Source of the DNA: Acidobacteriota bacterium | Lineage (GTDB): Bacteria; Acidobacteriota; UBA890; WLXD01 | Assembly: GCA_963666215.2 (NCBI GenBank) | Contig: CAXWPL010000005.1 | Coordinates: 640,001 to 704,000, forward strand | Direction of reading: 5' to 3' | DNA length: 64,000 nucleotides | Shown: positions 9,992-20,105 of the stretch, piece by piece | Position numbering within the stretch: the first letter of the stretch is position 1 | How the letters are laid out: every line of letters starts with the position of its first letter | Notes under the pieces: generated by a model | What the model saw: the letters and a program-made list of their open reading frames with translations, nothing else | What the model was told of the DNA's origin: nothing | Databases searched by the model: none | Program-made: the position numbers and the translations under genes

Positions 9992-10259
9992 GCCGTTGTC
10001 GGGTCAGAAATGATGCTCGCAGCCGCCGAGCTCAGCCTGTGAGCCGCCAAAGGACGGAGGCTTGGTGATCATCGTGGTTACCCCTTTTTTCTCAGGGTCG
10101 GGCGCTGTACATCAGCCGATGAGGCCCGACTCGTATTGTGTTGAGCGAGTGCCGAACCGCGACATCGCCCGTTCTGATCGCCAGCTTGACTCGTGACGAT
10201 GAACCATGCCGGCAAATCGCGCTAGCCAACGCGGTTGCCGACCGCCTGCGGGCGTGGTG

Positions 10260-10931
10260 CTAGTCACGCTCGCCTTGCGGCTCGTCGGCGAAACTCAGCG
10301 CGAATCGGCTCTCGCCTTGCTCGCCGGCGACGACACCCAGACGCACGGCCATCTCGCCACGCTCGTCGAACAGCTCGAGCGTAGGCTGCTGAGGCTCGAG
10401 GCCGAGTCGTAGACGTGTCCCACCCGCTCCATCATAGAGCTCGAGTCGAGCGCCGTCTGCGGCGCCCATCAACATGCCTCGCACCCCGCCGTGCTCATCG
10501 ATCAGTCCTAGCATCGGACCGAACCGATCGCTCACGCCGAGAACAATGCGCACCCGTCCCTCGCTGTCGGACACCACGAGGCGCTCAACCGTCAACTCGT
10601 TGCCGGCGTCCGGCACAGGGGTCGGTCGCGGCTGTGGCCGCGGCAGTGTGGAGTTTCCTTGACCTCGGTACTCGACGTTCTGCAATCGGGAGCGCAACGA
10701 CTCAACCTCGCGACTCAGCCGATCGGACTCGAACTCGAGCTTGAACCTGACGCTGTTGAGCTCCTGTTGCAGCCGACTCAGCGCGAACGAGTCCTGCGCC
10801 ACGGTCGACGCGGGAGAAGCCGCGAGACCGCCTGCCACACCCACCAGCAGGGTCACGGCGAAACCCGCGACGAGTCTCCCGCGCAATCCGTTGACGACGT
10901 TTCTCGTGGGGCGAAGCTCGGCCGCGCTCAC
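10260..10931 (-). CDS. Secreted hypothetical protein: coiled coil, Pro linker and ~22-aa beta repeats
   Basis: Signal peptide; repeats of L-x-L-x-D-x-x-G-x-x-R-x-x-LG; GTGA overlap with the upstream DUF72 gene. Confidence 0.7.
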   Translation of the reverse strand: MSAAELRPTRNVVNGLRGRLVAGFAVTLLVGVAGGLAASPASTVAQDSFALSRLQQELNSVRFKLEFESDRLSREVESLRSRLQNVEYRGQGNSTLPRPQPRPTPVPDAGNELTVERLVVSDSEGRVRIVLGVSDRFGPMLGLIDEHGGVRGMLMGAADGARLELYDGAGGTRLRLGLEPQQPTLELFDERGEMAVRLGVVAGEQGESRFALSFADEPQGERD

Positions 10932-11626
10932 TGGCTCGCAGCCTCCAAAAAGCGCGCCGCCATCCGTGGGCCGGCGCCTTCGTCCTCGTGCTTGAAGAAC
11001 ACGAACGCCCTCGACCAGGTTTGTCCTCGTACGCGATCGACCCAGGCGTCAAGATCCGCGTCTTCGTAGGCATCGCGGCGAAGGCGCAGGTAGCCCCAGG
11101 TTGCCGTCGAAACGAACGGCACCTCCACCTTGCCGCCGTCGGCGACGACGAGCGCTGCATCGTGATCAGCAAGAAGCGCGTAGGTCTCGTCGTCAAACCA
11201 AGACGTGTTGCGGAACTCGAAGGCCGCACGAGTGCCCGCCGGCAGGAGCTCGAGGAACGCCCCGAGGCGCGCGACGTCTTTCTTGAGATACGGCGGAAGC
11301 TGAAACAGGTGCGCTCCGAGACGGTCGCCGAGCACGGCCGTCGTCTGCAGCAGATGACGCAACGTATCGTCAACGTCTTCGAGCTTGCCGAAGTGTGTGA
11401 TTCGGCGGCTTGCCTTGAGCACAAAGCTGAACGGCTCCGAGGTCTGCTCGAGCCAGCCGGCGAGCATCTTCTCGGAAGGCAGACGGTAGAACGTGTTGTT
11501 GATCTCGACACAAGGCAGTTGGCTCGAGTAGTACGAAAGCATCTGCTTCTGAGGCAAATCGTCCGGGTAGAAATGTCCTTTCCACGCGGGGTAGGAGTAG
11601 CCGCTCGTTCCTGCTCTGATCTCCAT
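10928..11626 (-). CDS. DUF72 (YecE-like) protein
   Basis: GTSGYSYPAWKGHFYP, VEINNTFYRLP, LFQLPP, AFEFRNTSW; start taken at MEIRAG. Confidence 0.92.
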   Translation of the reverse strand: MEIRAGTSGYSYPAWKGHFYPDDLPQKQMLSYYSSQLPCVEINNTFYRLPSEKMLAGWLEQTSEPFSFVLKASRRITHFGKLEDVDDTLRHLLQTTAVLGDRLGAHLFQLPPYLKKDVARLGAFLELLPAGTRAAFEFRNTSWFDDETYALLADHDAALVVADGGKVEVPFVSTATWGYLRLRRDAYEDADLDAWVDRVRGQTWSRAFVFFKHEDEGAGPRMAARFLEAASQ

Positions 11627-11907
11627 GTTCAGCTCCCATCTGGTCGACAACCGGCTCCCTCCGCGGGGCGTGGTTGCGCGATTTCGACGATACACCGCGG
11701 GCGTCAGGGCAGCGGTGGAGCGGCCGGCCGCGTCGAAAGCGTGTGGCCGGCGCGTCACATCATGGCTGGAGATCGGAGATCATCACGATCGAGCTCGAAG
11801 GCGACGATTTATCGCAACCAAAAGCCCGCGCGCTGCGTCATAGTGAACAGGTGGCGACGGACCGTGAGCCCGCGCCAACAACCCCATCTATTGCGGCAGG
11901 CGATGAA

Positions 11908-12474
11908 ATGACACAACACCGGCTTCAAACGCTCTCGTTCTTGACGGTGACCGCGATCCTCGTCGCTCCCGCATCCGCGTTGCCGGCCTACAACAGCATC
12001 GACCGATTGGACCTGTCAATCGCTTGTAGCGACCGGATGGTGCAGGTGATGGAGCACGAGGTGGAGATCGCCCACATCGAGCTCGTCGCGAATTCTGAGG
12101 CTCTCGCCCGGCTGGCCCGAATCGACCTGTTGCCGCAAAGAGATCGGCTGCGGAACGAGGGGCGGCGCCTGGCGGAACGTCACGTGGCGGAAGCACGACT
12201 GGCCATCTCGAGCTTGCCCGAGCTCCAACGGCTGCGCAACACCCGGGAATCGCGACAGCAAGCTCTCGTCCTGACCCATCGAGGACGGATCGAGCGCCAG
12301 CAGGGGTTCGCGCAATGCCTCGTCGACCAGCGGCCAACCTCGGCGCTGGGGCAAATGGCTCAGCACGTCGCGCACGCCTTCACGGCCCCGATTCCACAGG
12401 TACGAGCGTTTGCCGGCGGTATTGCGCAGGCTGTCTCGGGCGTAGCTCGCGGCTTCGCACGCCTGCTCGGCTAA
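11908..12474 (+). CDS. Secreted helical hypothetical protein
   Basis: MTQHRLQTLSFLTVTAILVAPASA signal peptide followed by a helical charged sequence. Confidence 0.6.
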   Translation: MTQHRLQTLSFLTVTAILVAPASALPAYNSIDRLDLSIACSDRMVQVMEHEVEIAHIELVANSEALARLARIDLLPQRDRLRNEGRRLAERHVAEARLAISSLPELQRLRNTRESRQQALVLTHRGRIERQQGFAQCLVDQRPTSALGQMAQHVAHAFTAPIPQVRAFAGGIAQAVSGVARGFARLLG

Positions 12475-12530
12475 GGTCTGAGCGACTGGGCGACTGGCAC
12501 CATCCTCCGGCGCCGCTTGCAAGGCTGACC

Positions 12531-15095
12531 TCAGGCGCCAGGCTCGCCTTCACGCCGCGCGCTCGGCTCCGACGCATCAACCTTGACGACGCGGACCGAC
12601 ACGACGTCGCCAGGCTGCAGGCGCGCCAGAGCCCGGTGACCGGCAACAACGATGCCCACCACCGCGGCAGCGTTGGTATCGACCGACTTGGCGTTGCCGA
12701 GCACCCACTCCCTGCCGCCGGCATCGCGCCGCGCGGAGCTCATCGCCATCGTGGTCGGCGGCTGCGGCTGCGCCAGCCCGAGACCCTGCGGGCCATTCCC
12801 GCCGCGATCGGTCGACACGGGCAGCGACTCCGCGGCGATCGCCGCCAGACCCGGCGGTAGCTCTTCGCTGCGCAGCAATGGCACACCGGCCGATAGGTCC
12901 CAACGAAGCGATGTCTGCCGGCCAACGCCTGCCTCGACGGCCAACGTCGACTGCGCCGCGACATCGAGCCATTCGAGCAGCGCCGTGACCGTCAGCGGGG
13001 CCCAGGCAGGCCTCAGCTCCAGGACCACCTCGCCCCGTGGGGTGGCCAAAGCGAGCTCGAGCGGTTGTGCCGACCAGCTTTGCAGACGTTCGGCAATGCC
13101 TCTGTAGTCGGCCGCGCTGCGCCCAGTCTCCGAGCCGGATGCGGCGAATGCGAAGTCGCGCGCCACTCCCGTCGGCTCACCTTGTGGCAGGCGCGTCGAG
13201 GAGTCGGCACCAGCCAGCGCTCGGAGGGCCCACAGCCTGACGACGCGCTCCGGATCGCGCAGGAGGATCTGCGCCCGCAGGGCGAACAGCCCGGGGTCGG
13301 CGCGACTCAGCGTCTCGAGTAGTGCCAGCCGGGGTGACAGATGGCCCGCCGCGCGATTGGCCAACTGCAGACGCCAGAGAGCCTGACCCCAGCCATCGCC
13401 TCCGGCGAGCTGCGGCAGGCGCGCGCTGCGCGACAGCGACGCAAGGGCCTCCCCGGCCGCAGCACGAACGGCCGGATTGGCCGATTCGAGCGCCACCAGC
13501 GCGGCGGCGACAGCACTCGACGGCTCCAGCTCGATCCAGGCGCGGATGGCGGCGGCACGCACATGCGCAGACACGGGGCTCAACCGAGAATCCGACGGCG
13601 GCGATGCGACTGAACGCGGCGGAACGATGGCCCCCAGGGCGGCATCAGGCTGCGACGGCAACGCATCGAGCGCGAGCTGCCGTATCCAGGCGCGTGCCGC
13701 GTCGCTGTCGGAGCCGTGGGTCGAGCTAACCAGCCGCATCACGGCCTGCGCCTCCAGCGACGAGCCGATGCGCTCGGGCGCATGTTCGTAGTTGTCGAGC
13801 ACCCAAGCCAGTGCGCGGCTGCGGGAACCCGGATTGGAAGCCGCGAGTTGCTGGAGTGCAGCAGCCCGCACGGAGCTCTCTTCCTCTTCCAGCGCGTCCA
13901 CCAACCGGTCGATCGCCACCGAGCGGCTGCCACCAAGCGCTCCAAGCGCCCCAAGAGCCGCGCGACGCACCGTGAGATCACGATCCAGCGATCGCCGCAG
14001 CACGCTCGTCACCGCGTTGCTGTTGATCTCGATGGCCCCGCCGGCAGTTTCGGGCTCAACAGCAACCCGCCACGCCTCGCGGATCCAGTCGAGCGCATTC
14101 ACCACGACGTCGACATCGCGATCCGCGAGCATGCGAATCGCGTGGACCTGCGCCACGCTGAGCGGGGCGGACCTCAATCCCGCCAGCGCGGCCGCGCGAA
14201 CCGCCGGGTCGGAGTCGTCGAGCAGCGGCAGCAGCGGAGGCTGGGCATTCGGATCGCGCAACGAGGCCAACGCCTGGGCCGCGGCGAGCCGCACCCGGCC
14301 CTCCGGAGCCCCGGTGAACGCCATGATCAGCCGCGGTTGGGCACCGGGAAGAGTGGCGTAGGCGGCCAACGCCATCTCCGTCGCCACGGCGGCGTGGGCA
14401 TCGGCCACGGTGCTGGCTGCGCGCTCGGTGAGAAAGCTCCCGAGCGCGGTCGCTGCTTCCGCGCCGCCAATGCGGCCGAGGGCCGCGGCGGCCATGGCGC
14501 GGGGCGAGAGAAGCCCGGTTTCGGAGCTGACGGGTGCCGCGAGAATGGCAGACAGCGCCGCGACGGCGGGGTCAGAGCCTCTCGCGCCATCGTCGAGATC
14601 GTACTCGAGAGCTCCGAGGCCGAAGGCAGCGAGCGCCCGAACCCCTTCGGCAGAATCCGCGACGAGGCTCAACAGCGGCTCGAGGCCCGCCGGATGTCCG
14701 ATGCGGCCGATCGCCAGCGCTACCCGCCCGCGTAACTCTGCGGAGGTTGATGCCGCCAACGCCAGCAGCTCCGCACTGAGCTCGCGGCGATCCTCGGCCT
14801 CCAGAATGATCGCCGCCTCGTCGGTGCCGTCGGGCAATCCGAATAGCGCCTGCCGGGTGGGCCGAGTCGTTGATTGGCTGATGAACCACCCCGACAGCGC
14901 GGCCCTGGGATTCCCGGCGGCACGGGCGGCAACACTCGACCGTGCGGTACCGGGCGACGCTGCCGCCAGGAGCCCGATCGTCACTCCGAGCACTTGCCAC
15001 GATCGCCGCCACACGGCGGCGGCTGCAGGCGTGCTACTCCGTAGCTCGCAGCGAGCCGGACAGTGGGGCGAGGAGTCGAACGCGGCAGACATCAC
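12531..15095 (-). CDS. HEAT-repeat protein with a degenerate C-terminal cyclophilin-like domain
   Basis: Many VRxxAAxALG repeats; LATPRGEVVLELRPAWAPLTV and VVGIVVAGHRALARLQPGD match the cyclophilin ends; start uncertain. Confidence 0.8.
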   Translation of the reverse strand: MMSAAFDSSPHCPARCELRSSTPAAAAVWRRSWQVLGVTIGLLAAASPGTARSSVAARAAGNPRAALSGWFISQSTTRPTRQALFGLPDGTDEAAIILEAEDRRELSAELLALAASTSAELRGRVALAIGRIGHPAGLEPLLSLVADSAEGVRALAAFGLGALEYDLDDGARGSDPAVAALSAILAAPVSSETGLLSPRAMAAAALGRIGGAEAATALGSFLTERAASTVADAHAAVATEMALAAYATLPGAQPRLIMAFTGAPEGRVRLAAAQALASLRDPNAQPPLLPLLDDSDPAVRAAALAGLRSAPLSVAQVHAIRMLADRDVDVVVNALDWIREAWRVAVEPETAGGAIEINSNAVTSVLRRSLDRDLTVRRAALGALGALGGSRSVAIDRLVDALEEEESSVRAAALQQLAASNPGSRSRALAWVLDNYEHAPERIGSSLEAQAVMRLVSSTHGSDSDAARAWIRQLALDALPSQPDAALGAIVPPRSVASPPSDSRLSPVSAHVRAAAIRAWIELEPSSAVAAALVALESANPAVRAAAGEALASLSRSARLPQLAGGDGWGQALWRLQLANRAAGHLSPRLALLETLSRADPGLFALRAQILLRDPERVVRLWALRALAGADSSTRLPQGEPTGVARDFAFAASGSETGRSAADYRGIAERLQSWSAQPLELALATPRGEVVLELRPAWAPLTVTALLEWLDVAAQSTLAVEAGVGRQTSLRWDLSAGVPLLRSEELPPGLAAIAAESLPVSTDRGGNGPQGLGLAQPQPPTTMAMSSARRDAGGREWVLGNAKSVDTNAAAVVGIVVAGHRALARLQPGDVVSVRVVKVDASEPSARREGEPGA

Positions 15096-15252
15096 GTCGC
15101 CACGATGCCATCCGCGCGGCTCCGCTGCCTAGCAACGCTACGTCGGCGAACCATTTCTCCGAGAGCGCTGCCGCATCTGTCGCGGCCGCCAGGCTGCCAC
15201 GGTTCCAACTCTCGAAGGCCTGGGGCCGGAGATCGCCCTGCCCCATGTTCCG

Positions 15253-16086
15253 CTACAACGACCAGTCGCCCATCAGGTGGTCGCGCAGCCTCGCCGCCAT
15301 CTTCGCGGCGTCACCTCGGGCCCCGCTGCCGGCCTCCGGCAGCAACCGACCGTCGACCCGCGCCACTGGAAGCACTCCAATCAGACTGTTCGCGAGAAAC
15401 GCTGCCTGCACTCGCGAGAGGCTGGACAGCGGCACCGGAGCCTCGGCCACCGCGCCAGCCTCCACTAGGCGTCCGCGAACCGTTCCGGCAAGGCAACCGT
15501 CGGACTCGGGTGGCGTCACCATTCGATTGTCGAGTTGCACCACCAGGCTGCTGCGCGTCCCCTCGACGAGCCGCTCCTTCTCGTTGACCAGCAGCGCATC
15601 GAAAGCGCCCGCTGCCCGCGCCGCCGACGAGGCGATGATGTACGCCTGGTACGACGTGCTCTTCAGGCCCACCAGTGGGCCGCGGCTGCAGGTTCGCCAA
15701 TCATTGGCGACGACCACATCAACGCCTTCGACGTAGGCCTCCGGCTGTGGTGAGACGTACGGGAGCGCGGTGATCAGACGCGTCGGTGCACCGCCAACGC
15801 TGCCTCGCGTAATCGTGACGCGCAGGCGCGCAATCGGGCGCGGTGCGTTGGAGGCGACCCGTTCGATCGGTCCGGCAAGGCTACCCACCGACTCCGGCAG
15901 CTGCAGCTGCAGTCGTTGCAGCCCGCGCTCGAGGCGGGCGAGGTGTCGCTCAACCTCGAGAGCACGGCCGAGCTCAACACGCAGAGTCTCGAAAAGGCCG
16001 TCGCCGTAAAGCAGGCCGCCGTCGCTGACGTCGATCGCCACCAAACTGGCTTCCAGAAAACGCCCGTTCCAGTAGACCGTGGTCAT
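15253..16086 (-). CDS. pabC: Aminotransferase class IV, 4-amino-4-deoxychorismate lyase-like
   Basis: GLLYGDGLFETLR, HLARL, GLKSTSY, LVEGT, GCLAGTVR; ATGA overlap with pabB. Confidence 0.85.
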   Translation of the reverse strand: MTTVYWNGRFLEASLVAIDVSDGGLLYGDGLFETLRVELGRALEVERHLARLERGLQRLQLQLPESVGSLAGPIERVASNAPRPIARLRVTITRGSVGGAPTRLITALPYVSPQPEAYVEGVDVVVANDWRTCSRGPLVGLKSTSYQAYIIASSAARAAGAFDALLVNEKERLVEGTRSSLVVQLDNRMVTPPESDGCLAGTVRGRLVEAGAVAEAPVPLSSLSRVQAAFLANSLIGVLPVARVDGRLLPEAGSGARGDAAKMAARLRDHLMGDWSL

Positions 16087-17765
16087 GCCTCGACACACTC
16101 CAGGGCGCGGACAAACGCCAGGGCTTTGTGTTCCGACTCCTCGAGCTCGGAATCCGGATCGGAGTCGGCCACAATGCCACAACCGGCGTGATAAACGAGG
16201 CGTTCGCCGGCCACCGCGGCAGTACGAATCGCCACCGACAGCTCAACGTCGCCACCGAGATCGATCCAGCCAATCGCCCCCATCGCCGGACCACGGCGAC
16301 GCTCTTCTTCGCGCGCCGCGACGTTGATGGCCTCGATCTTCGGCGCCCCGGTGATCGACCCTGGCGGAAACGTGGCGCGCAGCAGCTCAACGGGGCCGAC
16401 GTCCGCGCGCAGCCGCCCCTGCACAACGGATTCGGTATGCAACAGCGTCGGCAACCGCAGCAGACGGGCGTGATCGACCACACGGACTGTACCCGTGCGG
16501 CAAACCCGCCCCAGGTCGTTGCGCACCAGATCGACAATCATCGCCAGCTCGGCACGATCCTTGGCGCTCGTCATGAGGGCCTGCGCGGCCGCAAGATCCT
16601 CGGCCTCGCCACCCGTTCGCCGTCGGGTGCCCTTGATCGGACGGCTCTCTACGACGCCGCGGCGACAGCTCAGGAAACACTCGGGGCTCATCGACAATAC
16701 GGCTCCCCTGCCCCGTGGGTCCTGCGGCCCCTCCGAGCCGTCGAGCTCGATATATGCGCCGTAAGCAGCCGGGTTCGACGAACGCATCTGCGTGTACAAC
16801 GACCATTCGTCGCCACGCGACAGCCTGCCCTCGAGCCGCCTGCAGAGGTTGGTTTGAAAGATCTCGCCAACGTGGATCCGGCGCACCGTTCGACGCACGG
16901 CGGCGCGGTACCCCGCCTCGTCCGGGAAGCTCCGCAGCGTCGGCCGGCGGTTCGCGATGCCGCGAGTCTCCGCGGCGGGAGGTAAGGAGGAAGGCAGCGC
17001 TGTCGCGCGAGAAGTCGCGGACGGAGCGCGTGTCGCGAACCTGGAGGACGGAGCGAGTGGAGCTGGCGTGGCGGGCGTGGCGGGCGTCGCGGATAACGCG
17101 GGCTTGGCGGAAGAGCCCGAGGCGCCGGCCATCAGATCAGTCTCCCAGGCGGCTGCCAGATCCTCGAGTTGAGCCCTCCCAATCCAGCCGTGCGCCGCGC
17201 ACAGTGTCCAGCCCTCTACGTCGAGCTCGAGCCAGCGATCATAGAGCGCCACATGCATGTCGGGCAGCGGCAAATCCGCAGCCGCGAAGGGCTCGAGCTC
17301 CTCGATCTCGGCCGCGAGCTCGTACCCCAAAAAGCCCGCCAACCGTGCCCCGGTATCGGACCAACCGCGCGCCAGTGTCGCCAAGACGGCAAACGCGCCG
17401 GCGTCGATCGTGGTAGCTCGACCCGCGCCAACGAGCTCGACCCGGCCCGGCGCGCCCGCTTGTACACGCAGGAGCAACAGCGGATCGAAAAAGACCAGAT
17501 GCCGCGGTCGCGCCGCCAGGTCGTCGCCCACGGACGGCGGCTCGATGCCGCCGCCGACATCTCCATCGAGCCAGACCAGTCGGCGACCCGCGCCACGCAG
17601 CAGAGCCGCGGCCTCCTGTGCGCCAACCTCGCCAGCGTCAACGGCTCCGCGGTGGAGCGGGCGCCGCAACGTCCCCGCCGCGGCCTCACGTGGCGGCGGT
17701 AGAAGCTCTCGCAACACCGCGGTGATCTGGCAAACAAGCTCTGGCGAAGGGCTATCGGACCACAC
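16083..17765 (-). CDS. pabB: Aminodeoxychorismate synthase component I
   Basis: GEIFQTNL, SPECFL, SRPIKGT, KDRAELAMIVDLVRNDLG, FPPGSITGAPK. Confidence 0.9.
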   Translation of the reverse strand: MWSDSPSPELVCQITAVLRELLPPPREAAAGTLRRPLHRGAVDAGEVGAQEAAALLRGAGRRLVWLDGDVGGGIEPPSVGDDLAARPRHLVFFDPLLLLRVQAGAPGRVELVGAGRATTIDAGAFAVLATLARGWSDTGARLAGFLGYELAAEIEELEPFAAADLPLPDMHVALYDRWLELDVEGWTLCAAHGWIGRAQLEDLAAAWETDLMAGASGSSAKPALSATPATPATPAPLAPSSRFATRAPSATSRATALPSSLPPAAETRGIANRRPTLRSFPDEAGYRAAVRRTVRRIHVGEIFQTNLCRRLEGRLSRGDEWSLYTQMRSSNPAAYGAYIELDGSEGPQDPRGRGAVLSMSPECFLSCRRGVVESRPIKGTRRRTGGEAEDLAAAQALMTSAKDRAELAMIVDLVRNDLGRVCRTGTVRVVDHARLLRLPTLLHTESVVQGRLRADVGPVELLRATFPPGSITGAPKIEAINVAAREEERRRGPAMGAIGWIDLGGDVELSVAIRTAAVAGERLVYHAGCGIVADSDPDSELEESEHKALAFVRALECVEA

Positions 17766-17768
17766 GGC

Positions 17769-18332
17769 TCACCCGAGAAAATTCGCCAACAGAGCGTCGC
17801 CGGCTTCAGTCAGGAATGACTCGGGATGAAACAAGAGACCGTCGATGGGCAGGCCATCCCAACGCACCCCCATCACCACCCCCTCGACGCTGCGAGCGCT
17901 CACTTGCAACGGTGGGCCAAGGCTCGCAGCCTCGACGATCAGCGAGTGGTAGAGCCCGACGTTGATCGGATTCGGTAGGCCGGCGAACAGACCCACGCCA
18001 TCGTGCTCGACGGTGGCCGTCTTGCCATGCATTGGCAGGCCCGAGGGCACCACCCGCGCTCCGGCCGCGGCCGCGATCACCTGCATCCCCAGGCACACGC
18101 CAAGCGTTGGCACAGCCGGACTGACCCGTCTCACCAGCTCATTGCAGATGCCGGTACGCTCTGGCCCGAACGGCCCTGGCGATAACACGATCCGCCGTGG
18201 CGCCAACTCCTGTACGGCACGCAGATCGATCCGATCACACCGATGCACCGCGCAATCAGCCCCCGCCATCTCGAGTGACTGCACCAGGTTCCAGGTGAAC
18301 GAGTCGTAGTTGTCGATGACCAGCGTACGCAT
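17769..18332 (-). CDS. pabA: Glutamine amidotransferase (PabA/TrpG)
   Basis: IDNYDSFTWNL, LSPGP, LGVCLGMQ, YHSL, FHPES. Confidence 0.92.
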   Translation of the reverse strand: MRTLVIDNYDSFTWNLVQSLEMAGADCAVHRCDRIDLRAVQELAPRRIVLSPGPFGPERTGICNELVRRVSPAVPTLGVCLGMQVIAAAAGARVVPSGLPMHGKTATVEHDGVGLFAGLPNPINVGLYHSLIVEAASLGPPLQVSARSVEGVVMGVRWDGLPIDGLLFHPESFLTEAGDALLANFLG

Positions 18333-18604
18333 CACAGGTCCGGCGGAGTCGCGAGAAGCAACCATTGCCCCTCGCGCTTTCAAGCCCGAGTATTGGGGCC
18401 TCGCCACGGACACTGTGGCGGAGCGACACAACGGGCGCGGTGTGAGTGGTGGTCGGAGGCTCGCCTGCGGGTGAAATGACCGTCCTACCAAGCCGCTCCT
18501 TCTAGCCATCCACAACGCCGCACAAGCTCTCGGGCCACGGAGTCTCGCAGCTTGGGCGGGGAAGCTCAACGCACCGACAGGGTGCCACGACCCCGATATG
18601 CCGG

Positions 18605-19948
18605 CTAGATGATCCAGCCCGACGCCAATACCAGCAACACCGCCACGGGAACCACGAAACGCACCCAGAAATACCAGATCCGCAGCCATAGTGGGAGCTC
18701 CGCGCCGCTACTGAGCTGCTGGCGCACCGCCCGGCGACCGAGTCCCCAGGTGAAGGCCGCCATCGCGGCCACACTTCCGGCGGGCTGCATGGTCGAGCCC
18801 CACAGGAGATCGCTCCAAACGATGTAATCGATCGAGAGCATGGCGGGGATTCCGAGCACCGCCAGCGACAACGAAACGGCCCATGCGGCGCGCCGGCGCG
18901 ACATTCCGATCGTGTCGCCGAGTGAGCTCACGAGCACCTCGATGGCGGCAACGCCCGAGAGGAACGCAATGCAGCCCAGGCCGAAGAAGAACAACGCCCC
19001 GAAGAGCGCCCCACCTGTCATCTCTCCAAATGCTGTCGGCAGCACCTCGAACAGCATGGGTGGGCCGCTGGCGAGCGACAGGCCGTAGGCGAAGACCATC
19101 GGTATCACCACCAGCGCCGCGAGCATACTGGCGAGAACGTCGCCACCGGCAGTCATGAGCGCGCGTCGCGGCAACGCCACGTCGTCCGGTAGGTACGAGC
19201 CGTAGATCACCAGGAACGTGCCGCCGAGGCCGAGCGAGAAGAAAGCCTGCCCAACCGCCGCCAGCACCGCTTGGGGCGTCAGCGCCTGCCAGTCGAACGT
19301 CAGCAGGTAGCTGACGCCGGCCCCGGCGCCGGGCAGCGAAAGCGACCAGAGCGCGAGAAGCACCGTGAGGAGGGCAAAAGCGGGAAGGAAGAGCTTGCTG
19401 ATGCTCTCGATCCCCTGGCGAACGCCGCGCGAAACGGTCATCGCGGCGGCGGCCGCGACCAGTATCGAGCAGACCATCTGTATGGCCACAGAGCCTTGCA
19501 CAGTGGCGAAGCTCCCACTGCCCAGCTCGCCGTACCCGGCCAACGCTGAGACCGATATCACGACGAACGCGAGGATCCAGCCGAGCACGACCAGGTAGTA
19601 CGTCATCGCCATCGCCACGGCCACGAACAGGGCCATGCCGACCGATCGTCCTACCGGGAACCCGGCGCGTTCGAAGGCTCCCACAGGGCCACGGCGAGTC
19701 GCACGCCCGAGCGCCAGCTCGGCGAGCATCGCCGGCACCCCGAAGACCACCACAACCAGGAGATAGATCGCCAGAAACGCGCCGCCGCCGAAGCTCCCCA
19801 TCATGTAGGGGAAGCGCCAGAAGTTGCCGAGCCCGATGGCGACCCCCAGCAAGGAGAGCACCATCCCCCACGCCGAGGAGAAGGTTTCTCGATCGTGTTG
19901 CTCTGACATTGCGGCGTCTTGATGCCTGGAGGCGTTGCGGCCGCCCAT
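18605..19948 (-). CDS. Sodium-dependent transporter (NSS/SNF family)
   Basis: AIGLGNFWRFPY, GGGAFLAIY, QAFFSLGLG; alternative start at 19909. Confidence 0.93.
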   Translation of the reverse strand: MGGRNASRHQDAAMSEQHDRETFSSAWGMVLSLLGVAIGLGNFWRFPYMMGSFGGGAFLAIYLLVVVVFGVPAMLAELALGRATRRGPVGAFERAGFPVGRSVGMALFVAVAMAMTYYLVVLGWILAFVVISVSALAGYGELGSGSFATVQGSVAIQMVCSILVAAAAAMTVSRGVRQGIESISKLFLPAFALLTVLLALWSLSLPGAGAGVSYLLTFDWQALTPQAVLAAVGQAFFSLGLGGTFLVIYGSYLPDDVALPRRALMTAGGDVLASMLAALVVIPMVFAYGLSLASGPPMLFEVLPTAFGEMTGGALFGALFFFGLGCIAFLSGVAAIEVLVSSLGDTIGMSRRRAAWAVSLSLAVLGIPAMLSIDYIVWSDLLWGSTMQPAGSVAAMAAFTWGLGRRAVRQQLSSGAELPLWLRIWYFWVRFVVPVAVLLVLASGWII

Positions 19949-20105
19949 TATGGCACGAGAAACGGCTCAGATCGTCCGAATGCCTAATGCTGTCTTTTTA
20001 TGTCCAATGACATTTAGGGTTGTCTAATAGGAGCCGAATTGGCTATATCTTGTCTCCTGAAAGCGCTCAAAACTGTTCGCCCACCCACGCCCAGCCACTT
20101 CGAAT

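Noticed and set aside
19949-20060. Sigma-54 promoter (TGGCACG / TTGGCT)
   Set aside because: No GC dinucleotide at the correct -12 spacing.
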